The position numbers were made by a program, and so were the translations under genes. From Nitrospirota bacterium (GTDB lineage Bacteria > Nitrospirota > JACRHJ01), in assembly GCA_963845245.1 (NCBI GenBank), contig CAWJRJ010000013.1, positions 1 to 64,000 on the forward strand: DNA of 64,000 nt. The letters run 5' to 3'. Below the pieces are notes generated by a model that saw nothing but the letters and a program-made list of their open reading frames with translations, was not told the DNA's origin and made no database searches. Every line of letters starts with the position of its first letter. Within the stretch, counting starts at the first letter, position 1. Positions 8,196 to 19,202 of this stretch are shown here, piece by piece.

Positions 8196-10218
8196 ACTGT
8201 GTGCCGGATGCGGCGGCCCAGTTCATACCGCCGTCGGTGGATACCTCCACCCTGTCCAAGCCTGCACCAGTGTCGTTAGCCGTACCTGTGATCGTATATG
8301 TGGGCGCACCGCCGATAAGTGCTCCGGCAGTTGGGGCGACTATGGTTGATGTGGGTGGTGTCTTGTCGACAGTCACGGCGATTCCGGTTCCGGGCGTCTC
8401 GGTGTTGGACGCGATGTCGATGGCGCGTGTTTTAACCGTATAGCTTCCATCGGTTGGCGTTGTCCATATGTAGCTCCAGGATGTGGTCCCGGCGGCAGCG
8501 GCCCAGGCGGTTCCTCCGTTTGTCGACACCTCCACCTTGCTTATGCCGGAACCAGTCCCGTCGTCGGACGTGCCTGTAAAGGTATATGTCGTCCCGTTTA
8601 TCAGTGCTCCCGCAGTTGTATTGTTAACGAGTGAAGAAGGCGGCGTCCTGTCTACAATCACCGCGACCCCCGGACCCGAAGTTTCAATATTCCCGGCGGT
8701 GTCTGTGGCTCGCGTTTTAACCGTATAGCTTCCATCGGAAGGCGGCGTCCATACATAGCTCCATTGGCCGGTACCCAGGGTTTCGTGCCAGCTTGTCCCG
8801 CCGTCGGTGGAAACCTCAACCTTCGTCACACCGGAACCGGCCGTGTCGTCTGCATTGCCGGTTATAGTAAAACTTGTGGAGGTGATGTAAGTCCCGGCCG
8901 CAGGAGCGGTGATCGACGAAGATGGAGGCACTGTGTCAAGGGCTATATATGTGCTGTACGGGCTGGAGACGTTGCCAGCCTGGTCTTTATACCTGGCATA
9001 TATAGTTTTTTGCCCGTCGCCACTTGCGAACTGCCATGCCTTTGAGGTTGCAGCCGGTTCCCAGTCATTCCAAGCCGTGCCGTTAAGGCTGAACTGCATC
9101 TCCGCCACGTTGCACATTATCGGGTATGTCCCCGGGCATGTCCGTCCCGGGCCTGTGTCCGTAGCGCTCAGGGTAAGGGTGACATTGCGGTTTGTTGTAT
9201 ATAAAGAGCCTGCATTTATGCTGACCGAGCCGACCGGAGGTGTCCCGTCCACCTCGACTGTAACACCGGTGGAAGGTATCTCCAGGTTAGTGGCTATGTC
9301 CGTCGCGCGTGATTTGATGTTATATACACCGTCGGCGGGAAGGGCCCAGGAATAAGTCCAGGAGGACGTCCCGGACGCCGGAGACCATGTAGCCCCGCCG
9401 TTTGTGGATACCTCGACCCTTGATACTCCGGAACCCGGACCGTCCGTAGCAATGCCTTTAATCGAATAGTTACCCAGCGGTGGCGGTTTCATCAATCCGC
9501 CAAGTGGACTTGTTATTGATGATGATGGCTTGGTGGCATCGACCGTAACGGTGATACCCAGCCCCGGCACCTCCGCGTTGGTTGCCCTGTCTACAGCACG
9601 CGACTTTATCGTATAGCTCCCATCCGCGGGCGGTGTCCAATTATAGCTCCACGAAGAAGTGCCCGTTGCGGCCGTCCATGTGGTACCGCCGTTTGTGGAT
9701 ATTTCCACCCGCGCCAGCCCGGAACCCCCGGTATCACTTGCCGTGCCGCTGATAGTGAACGACGTACCTGTCAAATACGAGCCGGCGGCAGGGTTTGTTA
9801 TTGTAGAGGCAGGCGGCGTTCCGTCAATGATTACATGCACGCCCGGGGCGGGGGATTCGGTACCGTTCTGGTTGTCGGTAGCCTTCGATATTATGCTGTA
9901 GTTTCCGAGGGGCAGGGGAGACCAGGTGAGCTTCCAGCTAGTAAGAGAACCGCTGCCGGAGGCGTCGTACGCCGTCTTCCAGGTACTGCCCCTGTCTATG
10001 GATACCTCGACCTTTTTCAGGCCCGTCCCGCTGTTATCGGCAGCTGAGCCGGTTATACTGTAAGACCCCAGGGAGGCGGGCAGGTATGAACCGTCTGTTG
10101 GCGCTGTTATATTTGATGAGGGCATCAGGCCCGATGCGACTGCATCGTATGAGGCAAGAAAGACCAGAAGCACGAGTAGTGATGGAAGATATTTTGACAA
10201 CACCGGTTTCGAGGACAT
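8182..10218 (-). CDS. Secreted Ser/Thr-rich Ig-like repeat protein, 3'-truncated
   Basis: Signal peptide and about six ~95-aa repeats with VEVSTxGGxTW...WSYxW...SRAxDxAxNxE. The last repeat breaks off at ~8195. Paralogous to 59158-62577. Confidence 0.85.
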   Translation of the reverse strand: MSSKPVLSKYLPSLLVLLVFLASYDAVASGLMPSSNITAPTDGSYLPASLGSYSITGSAADNSGTGLKKVEVSIDRGSTWKTAYDASGSGSLTSWKLTWSPLPLGNYSIISKATDNQNGTESPAPGVHVIIDGTPPASTITNPAAGSYLTGTSFTISGTASDTGGSGLARVEISTNGGTTWTAATGTSSWSYNWTPPADGSYTIKSRAVDRATNAEVPGLGITVTVDATKPSSSITSPLGGLMKPPPLGNYSIKGIATDGPGSGVSRVEVSTNGGATWSPASGTSSWTYSWALPADGVYNIKSRATDIATNLEIPSTGVTVEVDGTPPVGSVSINAGSLYTTNRNVTLTLSATDTGPGRTCPGTYPIMCNVAEMQFSLNGTAWNDWEPAATSKAWQFASGDGQKTIYARYKDQAGNVSSPYSTYIALDTVPPSSSITAPAAGTYITSTSFTITGNADDTAGSGVTKVEVSTDGGTSWHETLGTGQWSYVWTPPSDGSYTVKTRATDTAGNIETSGPGVAVIVDRTPPSSLVNNTTAGALINGTTYTFTGTSDDGTGSGISKVEVSTNGGTAWAAAAGTTSWSYIWTTPTDGSYTVKTRAIDIASNTETPGTGIAVTVDKTPPTSTIVAPTAGALIGGAPTYTITGTANDTGAGLDRVEVSTDGGMNWAAASGTQSRYY

Positions 10219-10436
10219 TTGTTGCCTCCAATAAGAGAAAAACCGAAAATATTGCAGTGGGAATTAATAGAACTGAATACTGGGGAGAACCGAACAACAT
10301 AAATTATGCAATTACGATGCCCTAATCAAAGGTATCGGTATGCATTGTATTTTAAAGGAAAACAGGAAGTCAGGCCGGAGTTAGCTCTAATATTATGCGT
10401 AGTCCTGCTCAAAAAGGCGGGAAGACCGGTGTCGGT

Positions 10437-10533
10437 ACTCGCCCTTATTGATGTCCCGATCGTACTGGTATATACCACATGGATATACCGCGCGTTCAGG
10501 GGTAAGATAACCCTGCACAAGGAAGGCTATTAA
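10437..10533 (+). pseudogene. cydB: C-terminal remnant of cytochrome bd oxidase subunit II
   Basis: LIDVPIVLVYTTWIYRAFRGKI resembles the CydB C-terminal helix and FRGK motif. The upstream part is absent. Confidence 0.6.
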
Positions 10534-10571
10534 TAAATCATCCGTTCCCTGTTGAAACTATCTTGGATTTT

Positions 10572-10598
10572 GGGAGGGCGAAAGCCCTCCCGTTTTTT
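10572..10598 (+). terminator. Intrinsic terminator
   Basis: GGGAGGGC-GAAA-GCCCTCCC-G-T6. Confidence 0.85.
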
Positions 10599-10655
10599 AT
10601 TGATTTAGGTTTTCTTGTCGTTCGTTGAACGGATGCATCGATAATCTTGTAGTTG

Positions 10656-11330
10656 TTATGGAATAGAAATATCATTGACAATATATTGCAGGAAGCGCTT
10701 ACCATATGGAGTTATTGAGTGTCGCAAGTCTTCTGCTCCACTGGCTGTCATCATTACCATTAAACTGGTCATGTTGGTAACGCGTAGGTCATTTAGCTGT
10801 GCAATTAATTCTCCTATACGAGTATCTTCAAATTCAGGTAGTCGTCGATGTAGCGTGCTACTAGGAGACCCCATTATTCCTGAGCTTGGATCTGGTGATT
10901 GGGATAGAGCGCGAACTATTTTTAAATGATCAGGCTGTAAGATATCTAGTGTACGTATGAAGCGGATCTGCTCGTCGTAAGATTCTCCGGGCGATTCAAT
11001 TGCGTTCGTTAGAAAGGCCCGATAAATCCGCCTTTTTTCCTCGCTTCTTTCCTCTGAGACTCGTTTTAAAGTTTGCTCCAGTAATTCTTCAAAATCTTCG
11101 GTGTTGACATATTTCTCAGATTTTTCCGAATGGAGTTCCGCCAAATCGGAGGCAAGTCCTTCTAAAACCTCTTTAACTCGTGAAAATTTACGCCCAATGG
11201 ATATTCCGCCAAGAACAGCACTAACCGGCCCACCAATCCATGGAACAGCGCTTGCAATATAGGTTGCAATATCCAAAGCAGTTTCTGTTGATGTGGCAGC
11301 AGGAATCAAATCAGGCTTATTATCTTTCAA
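10656..11330 (-). CDS. Hypothetical protein, possibly DUF4393/Abi-alpha-like
   Basis: 224-aa ORF with lower GC than its flanks. VPWIGG N-terminus and ITPYGKRFL C-terminus. Family call is tentative. Confidence 0.7.
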   Translation of the reverse strand: MKDNKPDLIPAATSTETALDIATYIASAVPWIGGPVSAVLGGISIGRKFSRVKEVLEGLASDLAELHSEKSEKYVNTEDFEELLEQTLKRVSEERSEEKRRIYRAFLTNAIESPGESYDEQIRFIRTLDILQPDHLKIVRALSQSPDPSSGIMGSPSSTLHRRLPEFEDTRIGELIAQLNDLRVTNMTSLMVMMTASGAEDLRHSITPYGKRFLQYIVNDISIP

Positions 11331-11404
11331 AATTAGTTCCTCCCGTTATATTCATTGTTCACCACCACGATATCGTACTGCTCTACCATATACGATAGGA
11401 ACAA

Positions 11405-11430
11405 AAGGGCCGCACACTTGTGCGGCCCTT
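11405..11430 (-). terminator. Terminator after rng
   Basis: AAGGGCCGCAC-loop-GTGCGGCCCTT. Confidence 0.7.
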
Positions 11431-11453
11431 AAAGAATTGATTGGGTGGAAATA

Positions 11454-12990
11454 TCAGACCATCACGATATCGTACTGCTCCTGGTGGAGTACCGGGTCGG
11501 CCTTGATGATGAGCTTCTTCTTGAGCTCCTGCTCGAGGTCGTCCACACCCTGGCGCTCCTCGTCGTAGAGCAGGTCCGCGACCTCGGGGTTCACCGACAC
11601 CATTATCTTCTTTTCCTTCGCGTCGTGCGCAAGCCGCCTTATCTCGCGGAATATCTCGTAGCAGACCGTGACCGGGCTCTTTATGAAGCCCTTGCCGTCG
11701 CAGTAGGGGCACGGGTCGCAGAGGCTTCTGCCCAGGCTCTCGCGCGTGCGCTTTCTGGTCATCTCGATAAGCCCCAGCTCCGAGAGCTGGTAGATGTTCG
11801 TCTTGGCCTTGTCGTGGGAGAGGTACTCCTGGAGTGAGGCGTAGACCTTCCGGCGGTTCTCCTCCTTCTCCATGTCGATCAGGTCGAGTATTATTATGCC
11901 GCCGATGTTCCGAAGGCGAAGCTGGTACGCGATCTCGCGTACGGCTTCGAGGTTTGTCTTCAGTATCGTGTCCTCGAGGTTTCGCTTGCCGACGTACCGC
12001 CCGGTGTTCACGTCGATTGCCGTCAGGGCCTCGGCCTGGTCGATGACGATGTAGCCGCCGGACTTCAGCCAGACCTTGCGGCCCAGCGCGCGCGATATCT
12101 CGATCTCGACGTCGTATGCGTCGAATATCGGCTCTTCCTTGTCGTACAGCTCCACCCTGGAGGTGAGCTGCGGCAGGTAGGTGTCCACGAACTCCTTCAC
12201 CCGCATGTACTCGGTCTGGGCAGTCCACCACCAGCTGCTCCACGTCCTGCGTGAACAGGTCGCGTATGGTGCGGAACACGAGGTCCAGGTCGTAATGGAG
12301 CACCGACGGCGCGGACAGTTTTTCGTTCTTCTTCAGTATCCTCTGCCAGAGCAGTTCGAGGAAGTCGATGTCGCGCTTGAGCTCTTCCTCGTCCTGGCCC
12401 TCTGATACCGTGCGGACGATATAGCCGGTGCCGGGCTTCTTGGAGCCTGCCACTATGTCTTTCAGGCGCTTTCGCTCGGCCTCGCTCTCTATGCGGCTCG
12501 ATATGCCGATATGGTCCACGGTGGGCATGTACACGAGGTATCTGCCGGGGAGGGTGATGTAGGACGTTACGCGCGCGCCCTTCGTGCCGATGGGTTCCTT
12601 CGCCACCTGCACGAGTATCTCCTGGCCTTCCTGGAGAAGCTCCTCGATGCTCAAGGTGGAAGTGCGCCTCCTTCGTGGCCTGCCGCCCTCCTCCTCGAAC
12701 TCGATCACGTCCTCTTCTTCGCCAATGCCCTCTTCGCCCATCATCTGGGCGTACTCGTCCACGGAGTTGTAGACGTCGGCGACGTAGAGGAAGGCGGACT
12801 TCTCAAGGCCGATGTCCACGAACGCGGCCTGCATGCCCGGCAGCACCTTCACCACCCGGCCCTTGTAGACGTTGCCGGTGTTACCGCGGTCCTTCGCGCG
12901 TTCGATGAATATCTCTGTTACAAGCTTGTTCTCGAGGAGCGCGACGCGGGTCTCCTCCTGGGTCGTGTTCACAATAATCTCAGTAGCCAT
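11454..12990 (-). CDS. rng: Ribonuclease G (Rne/Rng family), one frameshift near 12210
   Basis: GNVYKGRVVKVLPGMQAAFVDIG, LTAIDVNTG and LRLRNIGGIIILD are split over two frames. Confidence 0.93.
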
Positions 12991-13021
12991 ATGCTCCTAT
13001 ATATAAAAGGGAAAGATATTA

Positions 13022-15557
13022 TTAGTTTAAAGCGGTTCTTTTAACCTTCAGCGCACGCGCGGCTTCAGGGGTCATCCCGAAAAGCGCCTGCCCGATCTCG
13101 TGGGGCTTTGCGGACTTGCCCCCGGATTCCTGAAGTATAAATCTGAAGCTTCGCGGGCCGGTGACGGCAACAGCCTGTACCATCGGCCTTATGTCCAGCT
13201 CCTTCGTGCCCTTGTCGCTCTTACGGGATACGACTGCCGTTTCCGCGGCAAGAAATGCCGAAACCGCATCGTCCAGGTCGCCCGTAAACTCATCCGGGGC
13301 TATAGCCTCATAAGTAAAGGCGGTAATCCCGACCCCGGCTGCGGGTTCGTCATTCCGGAGGGTACGCCCTTCCATGATGCGGATGCCCGACGGCAGCGTC
13401 TGGTTAAGCTTTTTTACGACTAAACCTAAGTCTATCCCATAACTTAGCTCTATGTCAAGGATTTCCGCCTCGGACTCCACCCCCACCGCGAGGGCGGGGC
13501 CGAAGCTGAGCTTGGGGTGCGGGTTGAAGCCCTCCGAGAACAAAATGGGCAGCTCAGCCCTCGATATGGCCCTGAAAAACACGGTCATAAGCTCGTTGTG
13601 TGAAAGGAGCGAAAGCGGCGAGAGCTTGGAGTATATCAGCCGCACGCGTGCGGACGGCATGTTTTTGGAGGCAGCACGGAACTCCCTTTTTGTAGGCGGA
13701 CGGGTCGAACGCCTTTTCCGGCTCAGTATCTTTTTCTTTGTCCACAGGGCATTTTAGGCCGCAGGCGGAACATTTCACGCGGCAGTCCGGCGTGGACTCC
13801 ATCGAGACGGCCTTTTCAAGCTCCTTCACGAGGAACTTCTTGTCCACACCCGGAGTCTATATGGTCCCAGGGCAGAACCTCGTCCGTCTTGTATTCCCTT
13901 GCCGCCTCGGCCTCGACGTCGAGCCCGGCCTTTTTGAATGCCTCGACCCATAGTTCCCAGTTGAACATCTCGCTCCAGCTGTCAAAACGCGCCCCGGCCT
14001 CCCAGGCGTTGTAAAGCGCGTCCCCGAGCCATCGGCCGCCGCGGGCAAAGGCCGCCTCGAGCACGCTCGTCTCGGCGAACTCGCTCTTGAGCGCGAAAGG
14101 CTTCTTCCCCAGGACGCGTCTCAGGTGGTCCTTCCGCCTTCGTATCTCCGGCATCGGTATCTGGCCCATCCACTGGAACGGCGTGTGCGGCTTCGGCACG
14201 AAGGCGGACACGCCGACGTTCACCATCTTCCTGCGGCCCCCAGCCTTCTTCCCGGCGTCCAGCACCCTGCGAGAGAGGTGTATTATGCCGTCCAGGTCCG
14301 CGTCCGTCTCGGTGGGGAGCCCGGTCATGAAGTAGAGCTTTATAAGGTCCCAGCCCTCACGGAACACGGTCTCGGCGGTCTCGATCAGACCCTCTTCGGT
14401 GATGTTCTTGTTTATGACGTCCCGGAGCCGCTGCGTCCCTGCCTCCGGCGCGATGGTGAACCCGGTCTTCCTGACCCTGCTTATCTGCCTGCACATCTCG
14501 GGCGTGAGCGTGCCCACCCGCAGTGACGGAAGCGATATGGACACCCGCTCCGGACCGAAGCGGTCCATCATGGCGGTCATCAGCGGCAGGAGCCGGCTGT
14601 AGTCTCCGGTCGAGAGGGAAGAAAGCGACATCTCGTCGTAGCCGGTCGAGCAGACAGCCTCTTCCGCAAGCGTCATCAGTTTCTCCGGCGAGCGCTCGCG
14701 CACCGGGCGGTAGATATAGCCCGCCTGGCAGAACCGGCAGCCGCGCGAGCAGCCGCGGCTTATCTCAAGTGTTATGCGGTTATGGATCGCGGCCGCATAT
14801 GGGACCAGGGCCTTCGCGGGGAACGGGGCGGTCTCAAGCTCACGCAACTGCCGCTTGCGCACCCTGTCCGGCCCGCCCGCCACATTCCTGATTTCCCTTA
14901 CCCTGCCGTCCTCATTGTACGTTACCTCGAAATGCGAGGGGACGTATACACCTTCAATCCGCGCGAGCTGGCCAAGAAGCGCGGCCCTTCCGCCTGTCTG
15001 CCCCGGCCTTCTTGTAGGCCATTGCCGCATCAGCCAGTTCGAGTACGGCCTCCTCCGCGTCGCCTATCACGAACGCGTCTATGAAGTCCGCAAGCGGCTC
15101 CGGGTTGAAGGCGCACGGCCCGCCCGCCACCACGAGCGGGTGGCTGTCATCCCTGTCTGTTCTGCGTAAGCGGTATACCGGCAAGGGCAAGCATGTTCAG
15201 GATGTTGGAGTAGGAAAGCTCGTACTGGAGCGTGAAGGCTACGATATCCATATCGGAGAGAGGCGTGCCGGTCTCCACCGTGGAAAGCGGGATGCCCTGC
15301 TCCTTCAGCTTTCCTTCCATGTCGGGCCAGGGCGAGTACGCACGCTCGGCGTATATCTCCTCGCGTGAGTTCAACACCTCGTAGAGGACCTTCAGGCCCA
15401 GGTGCGAGATGCCGACCTCGTATGCGTCCGGGAAACAGAGCGCGACCCTGAGGGAGGCCTTTGCGGGGTCCTTCATGTATGAGTTCACCTCGGCGCCGAT
15501 GTAGCGTGACGGCTTCGAGACGAGCGGGAGTATATCGATCAGGTTCTTTTTTGACAA
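13022..15557 (-). CDS. TIGR03960-type radical SAM protein probably fused to a TIGR03936-type domain; several frameshifts
   Basis: KPSRYIGAEVN, FPDAYEVG, SRGCSRGCRFC, LPWDHIDSG and FSEGFNPHPKLSFGPAL lie in five overlapping frames. Confidence 0.85.
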
Positions 15558-15567
15558 TGGGGTCCTT

Positions 15568-16689
15568 TTAATAGAAGAGTTGGAACCTGCGCATGTTGAT
15601 GTTTAAAAGCAGGCCGAGCGCCATGAGGGTGGTGAGCGCCGACGTGCCGCCGTAGCTGACGAGCGGCAGAGGCACCCCGACGACCGGCATGAGTCCTATC
15701 GTCATGCCGATGTTAATGAAGACGTGAAAAAAAATCATTGAGACCGCACCGACGGCAACGAGCGCGCCGAAACGGTCCTTGGCCTTGTTCGCTGTCTCAA
15801 GCCCCCACATGATGATGAAGATGAAGATCAGCAGCACGACCATCGAGCCGATGAACCCCCACTCCTCCGATATGACCGAGAAGATGAAGTCGGTGTGCCT
15901 CTCCGGCAGGAAGCTCAACTGGCTCTGCGTCCCGTGGAGGTAGCCCTTGCCGGTGAACATCCCGGAGCCGACGGCGATTTTAGACTGTATGATATGGTAT
16001 CCCGCGCCGGCGGGGTCCGACTCCGGGTCCACAAATACCAGAAGGCGTTTTTTCTGGTAGTCCTTCAGGTGCTTCCAGAAGACCTGCCAGGCGAGCGGCG
16101 CCGTAAGCGCGGCGGTCGCCACAAGGTATATGAACGATTTAAACTTTATCCCGGCCGCAATCACCATGGCCGTGAAGATAAACAGCAGCATCAGTCCGGT
16201 GCCCAGGTCCGGCTGTTTTACGACAAGGATTACTGGCACGGCCACCAGCAGGAACGGTTTCACAAGCTGACGGAGCGTATGCCCGTTGGTCGTGTGGTCC
16301 TCGGAGAAGTACTTCGCAAGCGTTATGATAAGAAAAAGCTTGGCGATCTCGGAGGGCTGGAACGAGAAAGGCCCAAGGGGCAGCCACCGCTGTGCGCCCA
16401 TGCCGGTGCGGCCCATGACCAGGACGGCGGCCAGAAGCGCAAGGGTGATGCCGTAGAAGACGTACCCCCACCTCTCAAGCTTGCGGTAGTCTACGGTGAC
16501 TGTTATGCCCAGGAGGCAAAAACCGCAAGCCAGCCAGAATATCTGCTTGTAGAAGAGACCGTGCCTGCCGCCGCCCATGTTGTAGGTAGCCGAGTAGTCT
16601 GCTACAAGGCCCACCGCCACGAGGGCAAGCACAGCCGCCAGGAAGGTCAGGTCGAATTTTAGTTTCGCTCGCTTCTTATGCATGGTCAA
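15568..16689 (-). CDS. rodA: Rod shape-determining SEDS protein
   Basis: GAQRW, FQPSE, QPDLGT, LPERHTDFIF, SYGG; follows mrdA. Confidence 0.96.
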   Translation of the reverse strand: MTMHKKRAKLKFDLTFLAAVLALVAVGLVADYSATYNMGGGRHGLFYKQIFWLACGFCLLGITVTVDYRKLERWGYVFYGITLALLAAVLVMGRTGMGAQRWLPLGPFSFQPSEIAKLFLIITLAKYFSEDHTTNGHTLRQLVKPFLLVAVPVILVVKQPDLGTGLMLLFIFTAMVIAAGIKFKSFIYLVATAALTAPLAWQVFWKHLKDYQKKRLLVFVDPESDPAGAGYHIIQSKIAVGSGMFTGKGYLHGTQSQLSFLPERHTDFIFSVISEEWGFIGSMVVLLIFIFIIMWGLETANKAKDRFGALVAVGAVSMIFFHVFINIGMTIGLMPVVGVPLPLVSYGGTSALTTLMALGLLLNINMRRFQLFY

Positions 16690-18674
16690 CGCCTTTTCCT
16701 GGCGCCGGCAGTCCTGTTGGCTAGCGCCTTTGCCTTCGCGGACGCGCTGGTGCTGTTTGCCAGGGCCCTTGCCCGGACGCTCGTATGGTTCTTAAAATCT
16801 TTGATGGCTTTCTTCAGCGTAATGCCGGTCATGTTTTTCAGGCCATACTTTTCAGCTAACCCCTCGTCGTCCACCCTGAGGTACGCCTCGATGACCTTCT
16901 TCGCAAGTGGGGCCGCGGCCGAACCGCCGTGTCCGCCGTGCTCAACCAGGATGCAGACTGCGATCTTGGGGTCTTTGTCCATCGGGGCGCCCGCGACGAA
17001 CCAGGCATGGTCCGCGTAGTCTTTGCCTTTGCCTTTGCCCAACGCGATGACCTGCGCGGTGCCGGTCTTTCCGCCGATTTTCACATACTCCGATTTGGCG
17101 ACATGCGCGGTTCCGCCCGGCTCTTCCACCACCCCGGTCATGCCGTCTTTGATTATATCGAGGTTTGCCTGCTTTACCGGTGCCTTGCCGAGAGTTACCG
17201 TCGGGAAGGTCATGATGCTGCCGTCCTTGTAACGGATACCTTTAACCACCTGCGGCTGATATAGGGTCCCGCCGTTCATTATCGTGCCGACCATCCTGGC
17301 GAGCTGTATGGGTGTAACGTTCACGTATCCCTGGCCGATCGAGCATGATATGGTCTCGCCGGAGTACCAGTCTTCGTGCCGTACGCGTTTTTTCCATTCA
17401 GTGGACGGCACCAGACCCTGCCGCTCTCTCAGGCCAATCCCGGTGAGTTCTCCGAGGCCCAGCATTTTGGAGTACTTCGCGATATTGTCTATCCCCATCC
17501 TGTCGCCCAGCTTGTAAAAATATACGTCGCAGGATTCGACTATCGCCCTGTGGAGCGTGACGGTGCCGTGCCCCCTTTTTTGCCAGCAGTGGAACGTGCG
17601 GTTGCCGAAGAAGAAGCCGCCGGTGCATTGTATAGTGTCTTTGAGGTTGGCCATGCCAGTCTCAAGCCCTGCAAGCGACATCGCAAGCTTGAAGGTCGAG
17701 CCCGGCGGGAAAGTGCCCTGCAGGGCGCGGTTGTTGAGCGGTTTGCCGGGGTCCTGTGTGAGGTATGCCCACTCCCGCGCGTTAAGCCCCAACGGGAATA
17801 TATTCGGGTCGAAGCCCGGTTTGCTGACCATTGCCAGCACGTCTCCGGTATTCGGGTCCAGCGCCACTATCGCCCCGGCCTTGCCGGCGAGCGCCTCTTC
17901 CGCCGCTTTTTGCGTCCTGATGTCGATGCTTGTTATGACGTCTTCGCCTGCTATGGGGTCCGTCGTATAGACCACGCGCTTCTGGCGTCCCATCGCGTCG
18001 ACTTCTATGCCGCGCTTGCCTGCCTCGCCGCGTATGATCTTGTCGTAGGTCCTCTCCAGCCCGTACTGGCCGATAAGGAAGTCGTTGGGAAGGCCCGCAT
18101 ACTCGGGCATCTCCTGCTGCTCAGGAGTTATCTTGCCTATATAGCCGACCAGGTGCGAGGCGAACTCGCCGAAGGGATAGTTGCGCCTGATCTCGACCTG
18201 TACCATTACGCCCGGAAGCTCGTCTTTCCTGGCCTCGACCTCGGATATCTCGGCGAAGCTTGCGTTTTCCCTGACCCGTATGGGTTGGTAGGGGTTCCTG
18301 TTCCTCTCCGCCTTTATCAGGGATTGCAGCTCGTCGGCGTGCACGTGGAGTATGGCCGCAAGGCTGCCGACAGTTTCGGGGGAGCTCTTTGCGTCTTCGG
18401 GCGTGAAGGTGATGGTGTAGCTGGGGGTGTTGGTGACGAACGGGACCCCGTTCCGGTCATAAAAGACCCCCCGTGGCGGACGGATGTTTATTATCCTTAT
18501 CCTGTTGCTCTCGGAGAGTTCGCGGTAATAGTCTCCCTTTAAAATCTGAAGGTACCAGAGCCTTAATGCGATTGCAGCAAAAAAGACTGCTGCCAGGACG
18601 CTTATTATCCAGAGCCGCTTTTTTATATCGGAGGTACCGTCTCCGTTACCGCCGTAAAAGTTCTGGTAATTCAT
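16686..18674 (-). CDS. mrdA: Penicillin-binding protein 2
   Basis: PGSTFK, SCD and KTGT motifs; mre operon context. Confidence 0.96.
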   Translation of the reverse strand: MNYQNFYGGNGDGTSDIKKRLWIISVLAAVFFAAIALRLWYLQILKGDYYRELSESNRIRIINIRPPRGVFYDRNGVPFVTNTPSYTITFTPEDAKSSPETVGSLAAILHVHADELQSLIKAERNRNPYQPIRVRENASFAEISEVEARKDELPGVMVQVEIRRNYPFGEFASHLVGYIGKITPEQQEMPEYAGLPNDFLIGQYGLERTYDKIIRGEAGKRGIEVDAMGRQKRVVYTTDPIAGEDVITSIDIRTQKAAEEALAGKAGAIVALDPNTGDVLAMVSKPGFDPNIFPLGLNAREWAYLTQDPGKPLNNRALQGTFPPGSTFKLAMSLAGLETGMANLKDTIQCTGGFFFGNRTFHCWQKRGHGTVTLHRAIVESCDVYFYKLGDRMGIDNIAKYSKMLGLGELTGIGLRERQGLVPSTEWKKRVRHEDWYSGETISCSIGQGYVNVTPIQLARMVGTIMNGGTLYQPQVVKGIRYKDGSIMTFPTVTLGKAPVKQANLDIIKDGMTGVVEEPGGTAHVAKSEYVKIGGKTGTAQVIALGKGKGKDYADHAWFVAGAPMDKDPKIAVCILVEHGGHGGSAAAPLAKKVIEAYLRVDDEGLAEKYGLKNMTGITLKKAIKDFKNHTSVRARALANSTSASAKAKALANRTAGARKRR

Positions 18675-18677
18675 TAT

Positions 18678-19202
18678 TTAAAACCGCACCTGAAGCTGCC
18701 TGATTACCTTCAGCCATGGCACCCTTCTGGCGAGCTGTTCCTTGAAGACCCAGAGGAAGAAGGCGCCGGTCACTGCATTATAAAACGCCTGCGGAAGCGC
18801 GAAACGGAAGACCCCCGAGACGATGCCCGAACCGCCCTGAAGGTTATGCATGATGAGTATGACGTAGATGCCACTGACGAAGCTGAGCGTGAAAACCCCT
18901 GCAAAATTCGCCGATTCACCTATGTTGAAAAGCTTCTTCCCTGCCTTCCCGGCCAGAAACCCGGAGATGGCATATGCCGACATGAAAAGCCCTAGATAGC
19001 CCCCTGAAAGGCAGTCCTCGATAAGCCCGCCCAGGCACCCGTACAGTAGACCCTTCCATTCCCCACCGGTAACGGAAAGCGCATAGACCGCTATGAATAT
19101 GAAGCTTGGTTTTATGCCGTATATACTGACAAGGTCGCCCAACGAGGCCTGTATAACGGCCATTGCAAGGAAGAACAATATGGAGGGCACCTTAAGGTTC
19201 AT
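18678..19202 (-). CDS. mreD: Rod shape protein MreD
   Basis: Hydrophobic ORF between mreC and mrdA; GGLIED motif. Confidence 0.88.
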   Translation of the reverse strand: MNLKVPSILFFLAMAVIQASLGDLVSIYGIKPSFIFIAVYALSVTGGEWKGLLYGCLGGLIEDCLSGGYLGLFMSAYAISGFLAGKAGKKLFNIGESANFAGVFTLSFVSGIYVILIMHNLQGGSGIVSGVFRFALPQAFYNAVTGAFFLWVFKEQLARRVPWLKVIRQLQVRF

